From the NCBI GenBank assembly GCA_964016885.1, contig OZ024748.1, positions 32,674,001 through 32,738,000 of the forward strand: a stretch of DNA of 64,000 nt. Reading direction: 5' to 3'. Below the pieces are notes generated by a model that was given only the letters and a program-made list of their open reading frames with translations, searched no databases and was not told the origin of the DNA. The DNA comes from Eledone cirrhosa (lineage: Eukaryota). Made by a program: the position numbers and the translations under genes. Below, piece after piece: positions 13,662 through 28,781 of this stretch; position 1 is the stretch's first letter, and every line of letters begins with the position of its first letter.

Positions 13662-13911
13662 ATAAAATGATTTGAACATAGCTTTGATTATTGTGTAATT
13701 TATATTCTGGCTCTGTAAAACATCTCAAGTATTTACATTGAGCTATTTTTCTTACTGGTAATAAGGTAGTAATGAATTACTGGCCTTTCCTGTTTATAGT
13801 TGTATATAGTGTATACATAACTATAAATAATATTATTATTATATATATATATATATATAAGTATGTATGTATAGGTACATACATATATGTATACAGACGT
13901 ACAGTAGCATG

Positions 13912-13977
<66 letters not shown>

Positions 13978-14246
13978 CATACAGGCACACATATATATAT
14001 GTACGTAACAGTTTATCGAACATTATTATAATGTTCGCTTTGTCCGTTTCTTTACAGACGGACAGCCTGATTTACGCCGTACAGTGTTCAGGCAACCACG
14101 TCAGCTTTTTGTTCAACACTGACACAGGAACGATGTACTAGTTTCAAGCTTGTTAGCTTTCGCCAGCACCGTATAGCTTTCTGCCAGATGGTTGAACGTT
14201 CGAAAGTATATACTTTCATTATGAAAATTAACGGCTGAGCAGCCTA

Positions 14247-14254
14247 ATTTGCAT
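14247..14254. promoter_or_regulatory. Octamer motif ATTTGCAT, present in most monomers (representative copy)
   Basis: cctaATTTGCATatc lies ~80 nt upstream of the HHR on the HHR strand. Function untested. Confidence 0.35.
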
Positions 14255-14405
14255 ATCGAGTGAGTTCAGTCGGCCAGGCGCACCAAAAACGATAAAAGGA
14301 ATAGAATGAAACGAAATTTCATTTCTCACTCTTAGTGTGGCACTTACTTAAATGTAAGTATGTATGTATACGTACATACATATATGTATACAGACGTACA
14401 GTAGC

Positions 14406-14448
<43 letters not shown>

Positions 14449-15328
14449 CAGGCACACATATATATATGTACGTAATAGTTTATCGAACATTTATTATAAT
14501 GTTCGCTTTGTTCGTTTGTAAACAAACGGACAGCCTGATTTACGCCGTACAGTGTTCAGGCAACCACGTCACCTTTTTTCCTCAACACTGACACAGGAAC
14601 GATGTACTAGTTTCAAGCTTGTTAGCTATCGCCAGCACCGTATAGCTTTCTGCCAGATGGTTGAACGTTCGAAAGTATATACTTTCATTATGAAAATTAA
14701 CGGCTGAGCAGCCTAATTTGCATATCGAGTAAGTTCAGTCGGCCAGGCGCACCGAAAACAATAAATGGAATAGAATGAAACGAAATTTAATTTCTCACTC
14801 TTAGTACGGCACTTACTTAAATGTAAGTATGTATGTATACGCACATACATATATGTATACAGACGTACAGTAGCATGTATATATATATATATATATATAC
14901 ATACAGGCACACATATATACATGTACGTATCAGTTTACCGAACATTTATTATAATCTTCGCTTTGTTCGTTTGTAAACAAACGGAGTGCCTGATTTACGC
15001 CGTACAGTGTTCAGGCAACCACGTCGCCTTTTTGTTCAACACTGACACAGGTACGATGTACTAGTTTCAAGCTTGTTAACTCTCGTCAGCACCGTATACC
15101 TTTCTGCCAGATGGTTGAACGTTAGAAAGTATATACTTTCCTAATGAAAATTAACGGCTGAACAGCATAATCTGCATATCGAGTTAGTTCAGTCGGCCAG
15201 GCGCACCGAAAACGATAAATGGAATAGAATGAAACGAAATTTCATTTCTCACTCTTAGTACGGCACTTACTTAAATGTAAGTATGTATGTATACGTACAT
15301 ACATATATGTATAGAGACGTACAGTAGC

Positions 15329-15394
<66 letters not shown>

Positions 15395-15842
15395 GCACAC
15401 ATATATATATGTACGTATCAGTTTACCGAACATTTATCATAATGTTCGCTTTGTTCGTTTGTAAACAAACGGACAGCCTGATTTACGGCGTACAGTGTTC
15501 AGGCAACCACGTCACCTTTTTGTTCAACACTGACACAGGAACGATGTACTAGTTTCAAACTTGTTAGCTATCGTCAGCACCGTATACCATTCTGCCAGAT
15601 GGTTAAACGTTCGAAAGTATATACTTTCCTCATGAAAATTAACGGCTGAGCAGCCTAATTTGCATATCGATGAGTTCAGTCGGCCAGGCGCACCGAAAAC
15701 GATAAATGGAATAGAATGAAACGAAATTTCATTTCTCACTCTTAGTACGGCACTTACTTAAATGTAAGTATGTATGTATACGCACATACATATATGTATA
15801 CAGACGTACAGTAGCATGTATATATATATATGTATATATATA

Positions 15843-15898
<56 letters not shown>

Positions 15899-16488
15899 CA
15901 GGCACAGATATATACATGTACGTATCAGTTTATCAAACATTTATTATAATGTTCGCTTTGTTCGTTTGTAAACAAACGGACAGCCTGATTTACGCCGTAC
16001 AGTGTTCAGGCAACCACGTCACCTTTTTGTTCAACACTGACACAGGAACGATGTACTAGTTTCAAACTTGTTAGCTATCGTCAGCACCGTATACCATTCT
16101 GCCAGATGGTTGAACGTTCGAAAGTATATACTTTCCTTATGAAAATTAACGGCTGAGCAGCCTAATTTGCATATCGATGAGTTCAGTCGGCTAGGCGCAC
16201 CGAAAACGATAAAAGGAATAGAATGAAACGAAATTTCATTTCCCTCTCTTAGTACGGCACTTACTTATATGTAAGTATGTATGTATACTTACATACATAT
16301 ATGTATAGAGATATACAGTAGCATGTATATATATATATACAGGCACACATATATATATGTACGTATCAGTTTACCGAACATTTATTATAATGTTTGCTTT
16401 GTTCGTTTGTAAACAAACGGACAGCCTGATTTACGCCGTACAGTGTTCAGGCAACCACGTCACCTTTTTGTTCAACACTGACACAGGA

Positions 16489-16531
16489 ACGATGTACTAG
16501 TTTCAAGCTTGTTAGCTATCGTCAGCACCGT
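16489..16531 (-). ncRNA. Representative minimal type I hammerhead of the array
   Basis: Reverse complement reads acggtg-CTGACGA-tagct-aaca-agctt-GAAA-ctag-TA-catcgt. Helix I has 6 bp with one GU pair. Helix III is the palindrome ACTAGT. Confidence 0.8.
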
Positions 16532-16763
16532 ATACCTTTCTACAAGATGGTTGAACGTTCGAAAGTATATACTTTCCTTATGAAAATTAACGGCTGAGCA
16601 GCCTAATTTGCATATCGATGAGTTCAGTCGGCCAGGCGCACCGAAAACGATAAAAGGAATAGAATGAAACGAAATTTCATTTCTCACTCTTAGTACGGCA
16701 CTTACATATATGTAAGTATGTATGTATACGTACATACATATATGTATAGAGACGTACAGTAGC

Positions 16764-16803
<40 letters not shown>

Positions 16804-16910
16804 TATTTTCCGTTGTGTTGTAATATAAATATTACACACAGTAGATTATCAGCTCACGTAGAGTTTGCTCGACGGTTCCAGTTGTAGTTCCAAAAGTAAT
16901 CCGGAGAAAA

Positions 16911-17651
16911 ATAGAAAGATTTGAATGGATACAGTTTAGTTGAAAGGAATTTATTGACACGTGTTTCTATAACAGTTACATAACCTAAAACAGCTATCTA
17001 CAAACTTTTAGTTATGCAGACATTCAATATTTCAATGTTATTATTTACTGTCATTTCATCAGAATAATATTACTGAGGACCTATTTAGTTTTTATAGAGA
17101 ATATTAGGAGGGAGGGGTGAAGTTGTTAGAAGAATAGTTGAAGGAGTGGTTTTTCGATAGCAGTGAGAATTCTTGGTGGCAGTGAGTAATTAGATTCCCA
17201 TCTGTTGTTTTGACATTTTTTATGGAATATATTATTGGTTATTTTTCTAAATCTATAGAAGGATTAGAGATAGTAAAGATATGCGTGGTTGGTTTTGTGT
17301 TTGCACTTAACATTCAGACTTAAATTTTTCTTTCAAGTGTACGTATTCTTTCACCCACGCATTCACACAAATATATTTGCACACCTCTACAAAATACATA
17401 TACTCACAATTCACATATTCATACTTACATATATATACACATGCATACACATATATATACACACATGTATTCATGTACATACATACGCGCTCATGTGTAT
17501 ACATTTTCATACTCAACTTATCTTTATATATACACACGTATAGACACACACATATATACATACATACTCTAGTCCATGTGTACACACATACGCATACATA
17601 CACATCCACATACACATACATACATACACATATACATATATATATATACAT

Positions 17652-17708
<57 letters not shown>

Positions 17709-18596
17709 CCCACACACACACATATACACATACACACATATATATATATATATATAAGCACTTTAATACATGAATACACTTACATCTAACTATACACATC
17801 AAACATATATATATATTTACTTATTTATATACATTTTCACATATATATACATACTTATGGACGTTTTTAGACACATTCATTATCGCATATTTGTACCTAT
17901 TCTCATCAGCATATCTTTTCATTATTAGTATGGTAATTTAGGTTATTAATATATGTTGAGAAGAGATTGTTTTTATATTTTTCTAACTAGATTAAGGTTT
18001 ATATAGTTGGGGGATGTCCCTCTTTTATGTAATATTCGGCTTGTAGTGGGAAAAAAGGGTTTTAGTTCTGTGACGGCAGAATAATGTTCGTTCAATTCTG
18101 TTATTCAGCAGTTTCTTCTTGTGTGTGATTATGTAATAAATCTCAAGATTACACAATCTTGAGATTTATTACATAATCACACACAAGAAGAAACTGCTGA
18201 ATAACAGAATTGAACGAACATTATTCTGCCGTCACAGAACTAAAACCCTTTTTTCCCACTACAAGCCGAATATTACATAAAAGAGGGACATCCCCCAACT
18301 ATATAAACCTTAATCTAGTTAGAAAAATATAAAAACAATCTCTTCTCAACATATATTAATAACCTAAATTACCATACTAATAATGAAAAGATATGCTGAT
18401 GAGAATAGGTACAAATATGCGATAATGAATGTGTCTAAAAACGTCCATAAGTATGTATATATATGTGAAAATGTATATAAATAAGTAAATATATATATAT
18501 GTTTGATGTGTATAGTTAGATGTAAGTGTATTCATGTATTAAAGTGCTTATATATATATATATATATGTGTGTATGTGTATATGTGTGTGTGTGGG

Positions 18597-18661
<65 letters not shown>

Positions 18662-19396
18662 ATGTATATATATATATATATATGTGTATGTATGTATGTG
18701 TATGTGGATGTGTATGTATGCGTATGTGTGTACACATGGACTAGAGTATGTATGTATATATGTGTGTGTCTATACGTGTGTATATATAAAGATAAGTTGA
18801 GTATGAAAATGTATACACATGAGCGCGTATGTATGTACATGAATACATGTGTGTATATATATGTGTATGCATGTGTATATATATGTAAGTATGAATATGT
18901 GAATTGTGAGTATATGTATTTTGTAGAGGTGTGCAAATATATTTGTGTGAATGCGTGGGTGAAAGAATACGTACACTTGAAAGAAAAATTTAAGTCTGAA
19001 TGTTAAGTGCAAACACAAAACCAACCACGCATATCTTTACTATCTCTAATCCTTCTATAGATTTAGAAAAATAACCAATAATATATTCCATAAAAAATGT
19101 CAAAACAACAGATGGGAATCTAATTACTCACTGCCACCAAGAATTCTCACTGCTATCGAAAAACCACTCCTTCAACTATTCTTCTAACAACTTCACCCCT
19201 CCCTCCTAATATTCTCTATAAAAACTAAATAGGTCCTCAGTAATATTATTCTGATGAAATGACAGTAAATAATAACATTGAAATATTGAATGTCTGCATA
19301 ACTAAAAGTTTGTAGATAGCTGTTTTAGGTTATGTAACTGTTATAGAAACACGTGTCAATAAATTCCTTTCAACTAAACTGTATCCATTCAAATCT

Positions 19397-19402
<6 letters not shown>
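16911..19402. repeat. Near-perfect palindrome (~1.24 kb arms, 4 nt loop ACAC at 18151-18154) inserted in the array
   Basis: The centre reads tctcaagatt-acac-aatcttgaga. The outer ends are atagaaagatttgaatggatac and gtatccattcaaatctttctat. Confidence 0.95.
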
Positions 19403-19444
<42 letters not shown>

Positions 19445-19866
19445 GCACACATATATATATGTACGTATCAGTTTACCGAACATTTATCATAATGTTCGCT
19501 TTGTTGGTTTGTAAACAAACGGACAGCCTGATTTACGCCGTACAGTGTTCAGGCAACCACGTCACCTTTTTGTTCAACACTGACACAGGAACGATGTACT
19601 AGTTTCAAGCTTGTTAGCTATCGTCAGCACCGTATACCTTTGTGCCAGCTGGTTGAACGTTCGAAAGTTTATGCTTTCCTTATGAAAATTAACGGCTGAG
19701 CAGCCTAATTTGCATATCGAGTGAGTTCAGTCGGCCAGGCGCACCGAAAACGATAAGTGGAATAGAATGAAACGAAATTTCATTTCTCACTCTTAGTACG
19801 GCACTTACTTAAATGTAAGTGTGTATGTATACGTACATACATATATGTATAGAGACGTACAGTAGC

Positions 19867-19914
<48 letters not shown>

Positions 19915-20791
19915 GCACACATATATATATGTACGTATCAGTTTACCGAACATTTATTATGATGTTCGCTTTGTTCGTTTGTAGACAAACGGACAGCCTG
20001 ATTTACGCCGTACAGTGTTCAGGCAACCACTTCACCTTTTTGTTCAACACTGACACGGGAACGATGTGCTAGTTTCAAGATTGTTAGCTAACGTCAGCAC
20101 CGTATACCTTTGTGCCAGATGGTTGAACGTTCAAAAGTATATACTTTCCTTATGAAAATTAACGGCTGAGCAGCCTAATTTGCATATCGAGTGAGTTCAG
20201 TCGGCCAGGCGCACCGAAAACGATAAGTGGAATAGAATGAAATGAAATTTCATTTCTCACTCTTAGTACGGCACTTACTTAAATGTAAGTGTGTATGTAT
20301 ACGTACATACATATATGTATACAGACGTACAGTAGCGTGTATATATATATATATATATATATACATGCTGGCACACATATATATATGTACGTATCAGTTT
20401 ACCGAACATTTATTATAATGTTCGCTTTGTTCGTTTGTAAACAAACGGACAGCCTGAATTACGCCGTACAGTGTTCAGGCCACCGCGTCACCTTTTTGTA
20501 CAACACTGACACAGGAACGATGTACTAGTTTCAAGCTTGTTAGCTATCGTCAGCAACGTATACCTTTCTGCAAGATGGTTGAACGTTCGAAAGTATATAC
20601 TTTCCTTATGAAAATTAACGGCTGAACAGCCTAATTTGCATATCGATGAGTTCAGTCGGCCAGGCGCACCGAAAACGATAAAAGGAATAGAATGAAACGA
20701 AATTTCATTTCTCTCTCTCAGTACGGCACTTACATATATGTAAGTATGTATGTATACGTACATACATATATGTATAGAGACGTACAGTAGC

Positions 20792-20877
<86 letters not shown>

Positions 20878-21299
20878 GCACACATATATATATGTACGTA
20901 TCAGTTTACCGAACATTTATCATAATGTTCGCTTTGTTGGTTTGTAAACAAACGGACAGCCTGATTTACGCCGTACAGTGTTCAGGCAACCACGTCACCT
21001 TTTTGTTCAACACTGACACAGGAACGATGTACTAGTTTCAAGCTTGTTAGCTATCGTCAGCACCGTATACCTTTGTGCCAGCTGGTTGAACGTTCGAAAG
21101 TTTATGCTTTCCTTATGAAAATTAACGGCTGAGCAGCCTAATTTGCATATCGAGTGAGTTCAGTCGGCCAGGCGCACCGAAAACGATAAGTGGAATAGAA
21201 TGAAACGAAATTTCATTTCTCACTCTTAGTACGGCACTTACTTAAATGTAAGTGTGTATGTATACGTACATACATATATGTATACAGACGTACAGTAGC

Positions 21300-21334
<35 letters not shown>

Positions 21335-21758
21335 CTGGCACACATATATATATGTACGTATCAGTTTACCGAACATTTATTATAATGTTCGCTTTGTTCG
21401 TTTGTAAACAAACGGACAGCCTGAATTACGCCGTACAGTGTTCAGGCAACCAGGTCACCTTTTTGTTCAACATTGACATAGGAACGATGTACTAGTTTCA
21501 AGCTTGTTAGCTATCGTCAGCACCGTATACCTTTCTACAAGATGGTTGAACGTTCGAAAGTATATACTTTCCTTATGAAAATTAACGGCTGAGCAGCCTA
21601 ATTTGCATATCGATGAGTTCAGTCGGCCAGGCGCACCGAAAACGATAAATGGAATAGAATGAAACGAAATTTCATTTCTCTCTCTTATTACGGCACTTAC
21701 TTATATGTAAGTATGTACGTATACGTACATACATATATGTATACAGACGTACAGTAGC

Positions 21759-21816
<58 letters not shown>

Positions 21817-22690
21817 GCACACATATATATATGTACGTATCAGTTTACCGAACATTTATTATGATGTTCGCTTTGTTCGTTTGTAGACAAACGGACAGCC
21901 TGATTTACGCCGTACAGTGTTCAGGCAACCACTTCACCTTTTTGTTCAACACTGACACGGGAACGATGTGCTAGTTTCAAGATTGTTAGCTAACGTCAGC
22001 ACCGTATACCTTTGTGCCAGATGGTTGAACGTTCAAAAGTATATACTTTCCTTATGAAAATTAACGGCTGAGCAGCCTAATTTGCATATCGAGTGACTTC
22101 AGTCGGCCAGGCGCACCGAAAACGATAAGTGGAATAGAATGAAACGAAATTTCATTTCTCACTCTTAGTACGGCACTTACTTAAATGTAAGTGTGTATGT
22201 ATACGTACATACATATATGTATACAGACGTACAGTAGCGTGTATATATATATATATATATACATGCTGGCACACATATATATATGTACGTATCAGTTTAC
22301 CGAACATTTATTATAATGTTCGCTTTGTTCGTTTGTAAACAAACGGACAGCCTGAATTACGCCGTACAGTGTTCAGGCCACCACGTCACCTTTTTGTACA
22401 ACACTGACACAGGAACGATGTACTAGTTTCAAGCTTGTTAGCTATCGTCAGCAACGTATACCTTTCTGCAAGATGGTTGAACGTTCGAAAGTATATACTT
22501 TCCTTATGAAAATTAACGGCTGAACAGCCTAATTTGCATATCGAGTTAGTTCAGTCGGCCAGGCGCACCGAAAACGATAAATGGAATAGGGTGAAACGAA
22601 ATTTCATTTCTCACTCTTAGTACGGCACTTACTTAAATGTAAGTATGTATGTATACGTACATACATATATGTATACAGAGGTACAGTAGC

Positions 22691-22824
<134 letters not shown>

Positions 22825-22826
22825 CA

Positions 22827-22857
<31 letters not shown>

Positions 22858-22918
22858 AATATATACATATATATATATATATATATAAATATATACATAT
22901 ATATATATATATATATAA

Positions 22919-22995
<77 letters not shown>

Positions 22996-23191
22996 CAGGC
23001 ACACATATATGAAAATTAACGGCTGAACAGCCTAATTTGCATATCGAGTTAGTTCAGTCGGCCAGGCGCACCGAAAACGATGTATGGAATAGAATGAAAC
23101 GAAATTTCATTTCTCACTCTTAGTACGGCACTTACTTAAATGTAAGTATGTATGTATACGTACATACATATATGTATAGAGACGTACAGTA

Positions 23192-23250
<59 letters not shown>

Positions 23251-23676
23251 CAGGCACACATATATATATATGTACGTATCAGTTTACCGAACATTTATTA
23301 TAATGTTCGCTTTGTTCGTTTGTAAACAAACGGACAGACTCATTTACGCCGTACAGTGTTCAGGCAACCACGTCACCTTTTTGTTTAACACTGACACTGG
23401 AACGATGTACTAGTTTCAAACTTGTTAGCTATCGTCAGCACCGTATACCATTCTGCCGGATGGTTGAACGTTCGAAAGTATATACTTTCCTTATGAAAAT
23501 TGACGGCTGAGCAGCCTAATTTGCATATCGATGAGTTCAGTCGGCCAGGCGCACCGAAAACTATAAAAGGAATAGAATGAAACGAAATTTAATTTCTCTC
23601 TCTTAGTACGGCACTTACTTATATGTAAGTATGTATGTATACGTACATACATATATGTATAGAGACGTACAGTAGC

Positions 23677-23741
<65 letters not shown>

Positions 23742-24166
23742 CAGGCACAGATATATACATGTACGTATCAGTTTACCGAACATTTATTATAATGTTCGCT
23801 TTGTTCGTTTGTAAACAAACGGACAGCCTGATTTACGCCGTACAGTGTTCAGGAAACCACGTCACCTTTTTGTTCAACACTGACACAGGAACGATATACT
23901 AGTTTCAAGCTTGTTAGCTATCGTCAGCACCGTATACCTTTCTGTCAGATGGTTGAACGTTCGAAAGTATATACTTTCCTTATGAAAATTAACGGCTGAG
24001 CAGCCTAATTTGCACATCGAGTTAGTTCAGTCGGCCAGGCGCACCGAAAACGATGTATGGAATAGAATGAAACGAAATTTCATTTCTCACTCTTAGTACG
24101 GCACTTACTTAAATGAAAGTATGTATGTATACGTACATACATATATGTATAGAGACGTACAGTAGC

Positions 24167-24233
<67 letters not shown>

Positions 24234-24668
24234 TATACATACAGGCACACATATATATATATGTACGTATCAGTTTTTCCGAACATTTATTATAATGTTC
24301 GCTTTGTTCGTTTGTAAACAAACGGACAGACTCATTTACGCCGTACAGTGTTCAGGCAACCACGTCACCTTTTTGTTCACCACTGACACTGGAACGATGT
24401 ACTAGTTTCAAACTTGTTAGCTATTGTCAGCACCGTATACCATTCTGCCGGATGGTTGAACGTTCGAAAGTATATACTTTCCTTATGAAAATTAACGGCT
24501 GAGAAGCCTAATTTGCATATCGATGAGTTCAGTCGGCCAGGCGCACCGAAAACGATAAATGGAATAGAATGAAACGAAATTTAATCTCTCTCTGTTATAA
24601 CGGCACTTACTTATATGTAAGTATGTACGTATACGTACATACATATATGTATAGAGACGTACAGTAGC

Positions 24669-24716
<48 letters not shown>

Positions 24717-25607
24717 GCACACATATATATATGTACGTATCAGTTTACCGAACATTTATTATGATGTTCGCTTTGTTCGTTTGTAGACAAACGGACAGCC
24801 TGATTTACGCCGTACAGTGTTCAGGCAACCACTACACCTTTTTGTTCAACACTGACACGGGAACGATGTACTAGTTTCAAGCTTGTTAGCTAACGTCTGC
24901 ACCGTATACCTTTGTGCCAGATGATTGAACGTTCAAAAGTATATACTTTCCTTATGAAAATTAACGGCTGAGCAGCCTAATTTGCATATCGAGTGAGTTC
25001 AGTCGGCCAGGCGCACCGAAAACGATAAGTGGAATAGAATGAAACGAAATTTCATTTCTCACTCTTAGTACGGCACTTACTTAAATGTAAGTGCGTATGT
25101 ATACGTACATACATATATGTATACAGACGTACAGTAGCATGTATATATATATATACATACTGGCACACATATATATATGTACGTATCAGTTTACCGAACA
25201 TTTATTATAATGTTCGCTTTGTTCGTTTGTAAACAAACGGACAGCCTGAATTACGCCGTACAGTGTTCAGGTAACCACGTCACCTTTTTGTTCAACACTG
25301 ACACAGGAACGATGTACTAGTTTCAAGCTTGTTAGGTATCGTCAGCACCGTATACCTTTCTGCAAGATGGTTGAACGTTCGAAAGTATATACTTTCCTTA
25401 TGAAAATTAACGGCTGAACAGCCTAATTTGCATATCGAGTTAGTTCAGTCGGCCAGGCGCACCGAAAACGATAAATGGAATAGCGTGAAACGAAATTTCA
25501 TTTCTCACTCTAAGTACGGCACTTACTTAAATGTAAGTATGTATGTATACGTACATACATATATGTATACAGAGGTATAGTAGCATGTATATATATATAT
25601 ATATATA

Positions 25608-25655
<48 letters not shown>

Positions 25656-25668
25656 TATATATATATAA

Positions 25669-25701
<33 letters not shown>

Positions 25702-25718
25702 AATATATATATATATAA

Positions 25719-25805
<87 letters not shown>

Positions 25806-26248
25806 AATATATATATATACATACAGGCACACATATATATATGTACGTATCAGTTTAACCAAACATTTATTATAATGTTCGCTTTGTTCGTTTGTAAACA
25901 AACGGACAGCCTGATTTCCGCCGTACAGTGTTCAGGCAACCACGTCACCTTTTTGTTCAACACTGACACAGGAACGATGTACTAGTTTCAAGCTTGTTCG
26001 GTATCGTCAGCACCGTATACCTTCCTGAAAGATGGTTGAACGTTCGAAAGTATATACTTTCCTTATGAAAATTAACGGCTGAGCAGCCTAATTTGCATAT
26101 CGAAGAGTTCAGTCGGCCAGGCGCACCGAAAACGATAAATGGAATGGAATGAAACGAAATTTCATTTCTCTCTCTTAGTGCGGCACTTACTTAAATGTAA
26201 GTATGTATGTATACGTACATACATATATGTATACAGACGTACAGTACC

Positions 26249-26303
<55 letters not shown>

Positions 26304-26311
26304 CATACAGG

Positions 26312-26342
<31 letters not shown>

Positions 26343-27220
26343 ACAGGCACACATATATACATGTACGTTTACCGAACATTTATTATAATGTTCGCTTTGT
26401 TCGTTTGTAAACAAACGGACAGCCTGATTTACGCCGTACAGTGTTCAGGCAACCACGTCACCTTTTTGTTCAACACTGACACAGGAATGATGTACTAGTT
26501 TCAAGCTTGTTAGCTATCGTCAGCACCGTATACCTTTCTGCCAGATGGTTGAACGTTCGAAAGTATATACTTTCCTTATGATAATTGACGGCTGAGCAGC
26601 CTAATTTGCATATCGAGTTAGTTCAGTCGGCCAGGCGCACCGAAAACGATAAATGGAATAGAATGAAACGAAATTTCATTTCTCACTCTTAGTACGGCAC
26701 TTACTTAAATGTAAGTGTGTATGTATACGTACATACATATATGTATACAGACGTACAGTAGCATGTATATATATATATATATATATATATACATACAGGC
26801 ACACATATATATATGTACGTATCAGTTTACCGTACATTTATAATAATGTTCGCTTTGTTCGTTTGTAAACAAACGGACAGCCTGATTTACGCCGTACAGT
26901 GTTCAGGAAACCACGTCACCTTTTTGTTCAACACTGACACAGGAACGATGTACTAGTTTCAAGCTTGTTAGCTATCGTCAGCACCGTATACCTTTCTGTC
27001 AGATGGTTGAACGTTCGAAAGTATATACTTTCCTTATGAAAATTAACGGCTGAGCAGCCTAATTTGCACATCGTGTTAGTTCAGTCGGCCAGGCGCACCG
27101 AAAACGATATATGGAATAGAATGAAACGAAATTTCATTTCTCACTCTTAGTACGGCACTTACTTAAATGTAAGTATGTATGTATACGTACATACATATAT
27201 GTATACAGACGTACTGTAGC

Positions 27221-27292
<72 letters not shown>

Positions 27293-28345
27293 GCACATAT
27301 ATATATATGTACGTATTAGTTTACCAAACATTTATTATAATGTTCGCTTTGTTCGTTTGTAAACAAACGGACATCCGGATTTACGCCGTACAGTGTTCAG
27401 CCAACCACGTCACCTTTTTGTTCAACACTGACACATGAACGATGTACTAGTTTCAAGCTTGTCAGCTATCGTCAGCACCGTATACCTTTCTGCCAGATGG
27501 TTGAACGTTTGAACGTGGTTGCCTGAACACTGTACGGCGTAAATCAGGCTGGTCGTTTGTTTACAAACGAACAAAGCGAACATTATAATAAATGTTCGGT
27601 AAACTGATACGTACATATATATATGTGTGCCTGTATGTATGTATATATATATATATACATGCTACTGTACGTCTGTATACATATATGTATGTACGTATAC
27701 ATACATACTTACGTTTAAGTGCCGTAATACGAGTGAGAAATGAAATTTCGTTTCATTCTATTCCATTTATCATTTTCGGTGCGCCTGGCCGACTGAATTC
27801 ACTCGATATGTAAATGAGGGTTCTTAGCCGTTAATTTTCATAAAGAAAGTATATACTTTCGAACGTTCAACCATCTGGTAGAAAGGTATACGGTGCTGAC
27901 GATAGCTAAGAAGCTTGAAACTAGTACATCTTTCCTGTGTCAGTGTTGAACAAAAAGGTGACGTGGTTGCCTGAACACTGTACGGCGTAAATCAGGCTGT
28001 CCGTTTGTTTACAAACGAACAAAGCGAACATTATAATAAATGTTCGGTAAACTGATACGTACATATATATATGTGTGCCTGTATGTATATATATATATAT
28101 ATATATATACATGCTACTGTACGTCTGTATACATATATGTATGTACGTATACATACATACTTACATTTAAGTAAGTGCCGTACTAAGAGTGAGAAATGAA
28201 ATTTTGTTTCATTCTATTCTATTTATCGTTTTCGGTGCGCCTGGCCGACTGAACTCACTCGATATGCAAATTAGGCTTCTCAGCCGTTAATTTTCATAAG
28301 GAAAGTATATACTTTCGAACGTTCAACCATCTGGCAGAAAAGTAT

Positions 28346-28388
28346 ACGGTGCTGACGATAGCTAAGAAGCTTGAAACTAGTACATCGT
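28346..28388 (+). ncRNA. Array hammerhead in an inverted monomer
   Basis: acggtg-CTGACGA-tagct-aaga-agctt-GAAA-ctag-TA-catcgt read directly on the plus strand. Another copy lies at 27890-27930. Confidence 0.8.
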
Positions 28389-28537
28389 TCCTGTGTCAAT
28401 GTTGAACAAAAAGGTGACGTGGTTGCCTGAACACTGTACGACGTAAATGAGGCTGTCCGTTTGTTTACAAACGAACAAAGCGAACATTATAATAAATGTT
28501 CGGTAAACTGATACGTACATATATATATGTGTGCCTG

Positions 28538-28612
<75 letters not shown>

Positions 28613-28717
28613 TACTGTACGTCTGTATACATATAAGGTATGTACGTATACATACATACTTACATTTAAGTAAGTGCCGTACTAAGAGTGAGAAATGAAA
28701 TTTCGTTTCATTCTATT

Positions 28718-28781
<64 letters not shown>

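Larger units (their letters stand above)
8594..13850. mobile_element. Penelope-like element with an inverted 3' segment (arms ~8594-10540 and ~11640-13850)
   Basis: The ends are reverse complements (tttatagttatgtatacactatatacaactataaacaggaaagg / cctttcctgtttatagttgtatatagtgtatacataactataaa). Both arms carry GIY-YIG and HHR sequence, with an RT fragment between them. Confidence 0.85.
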
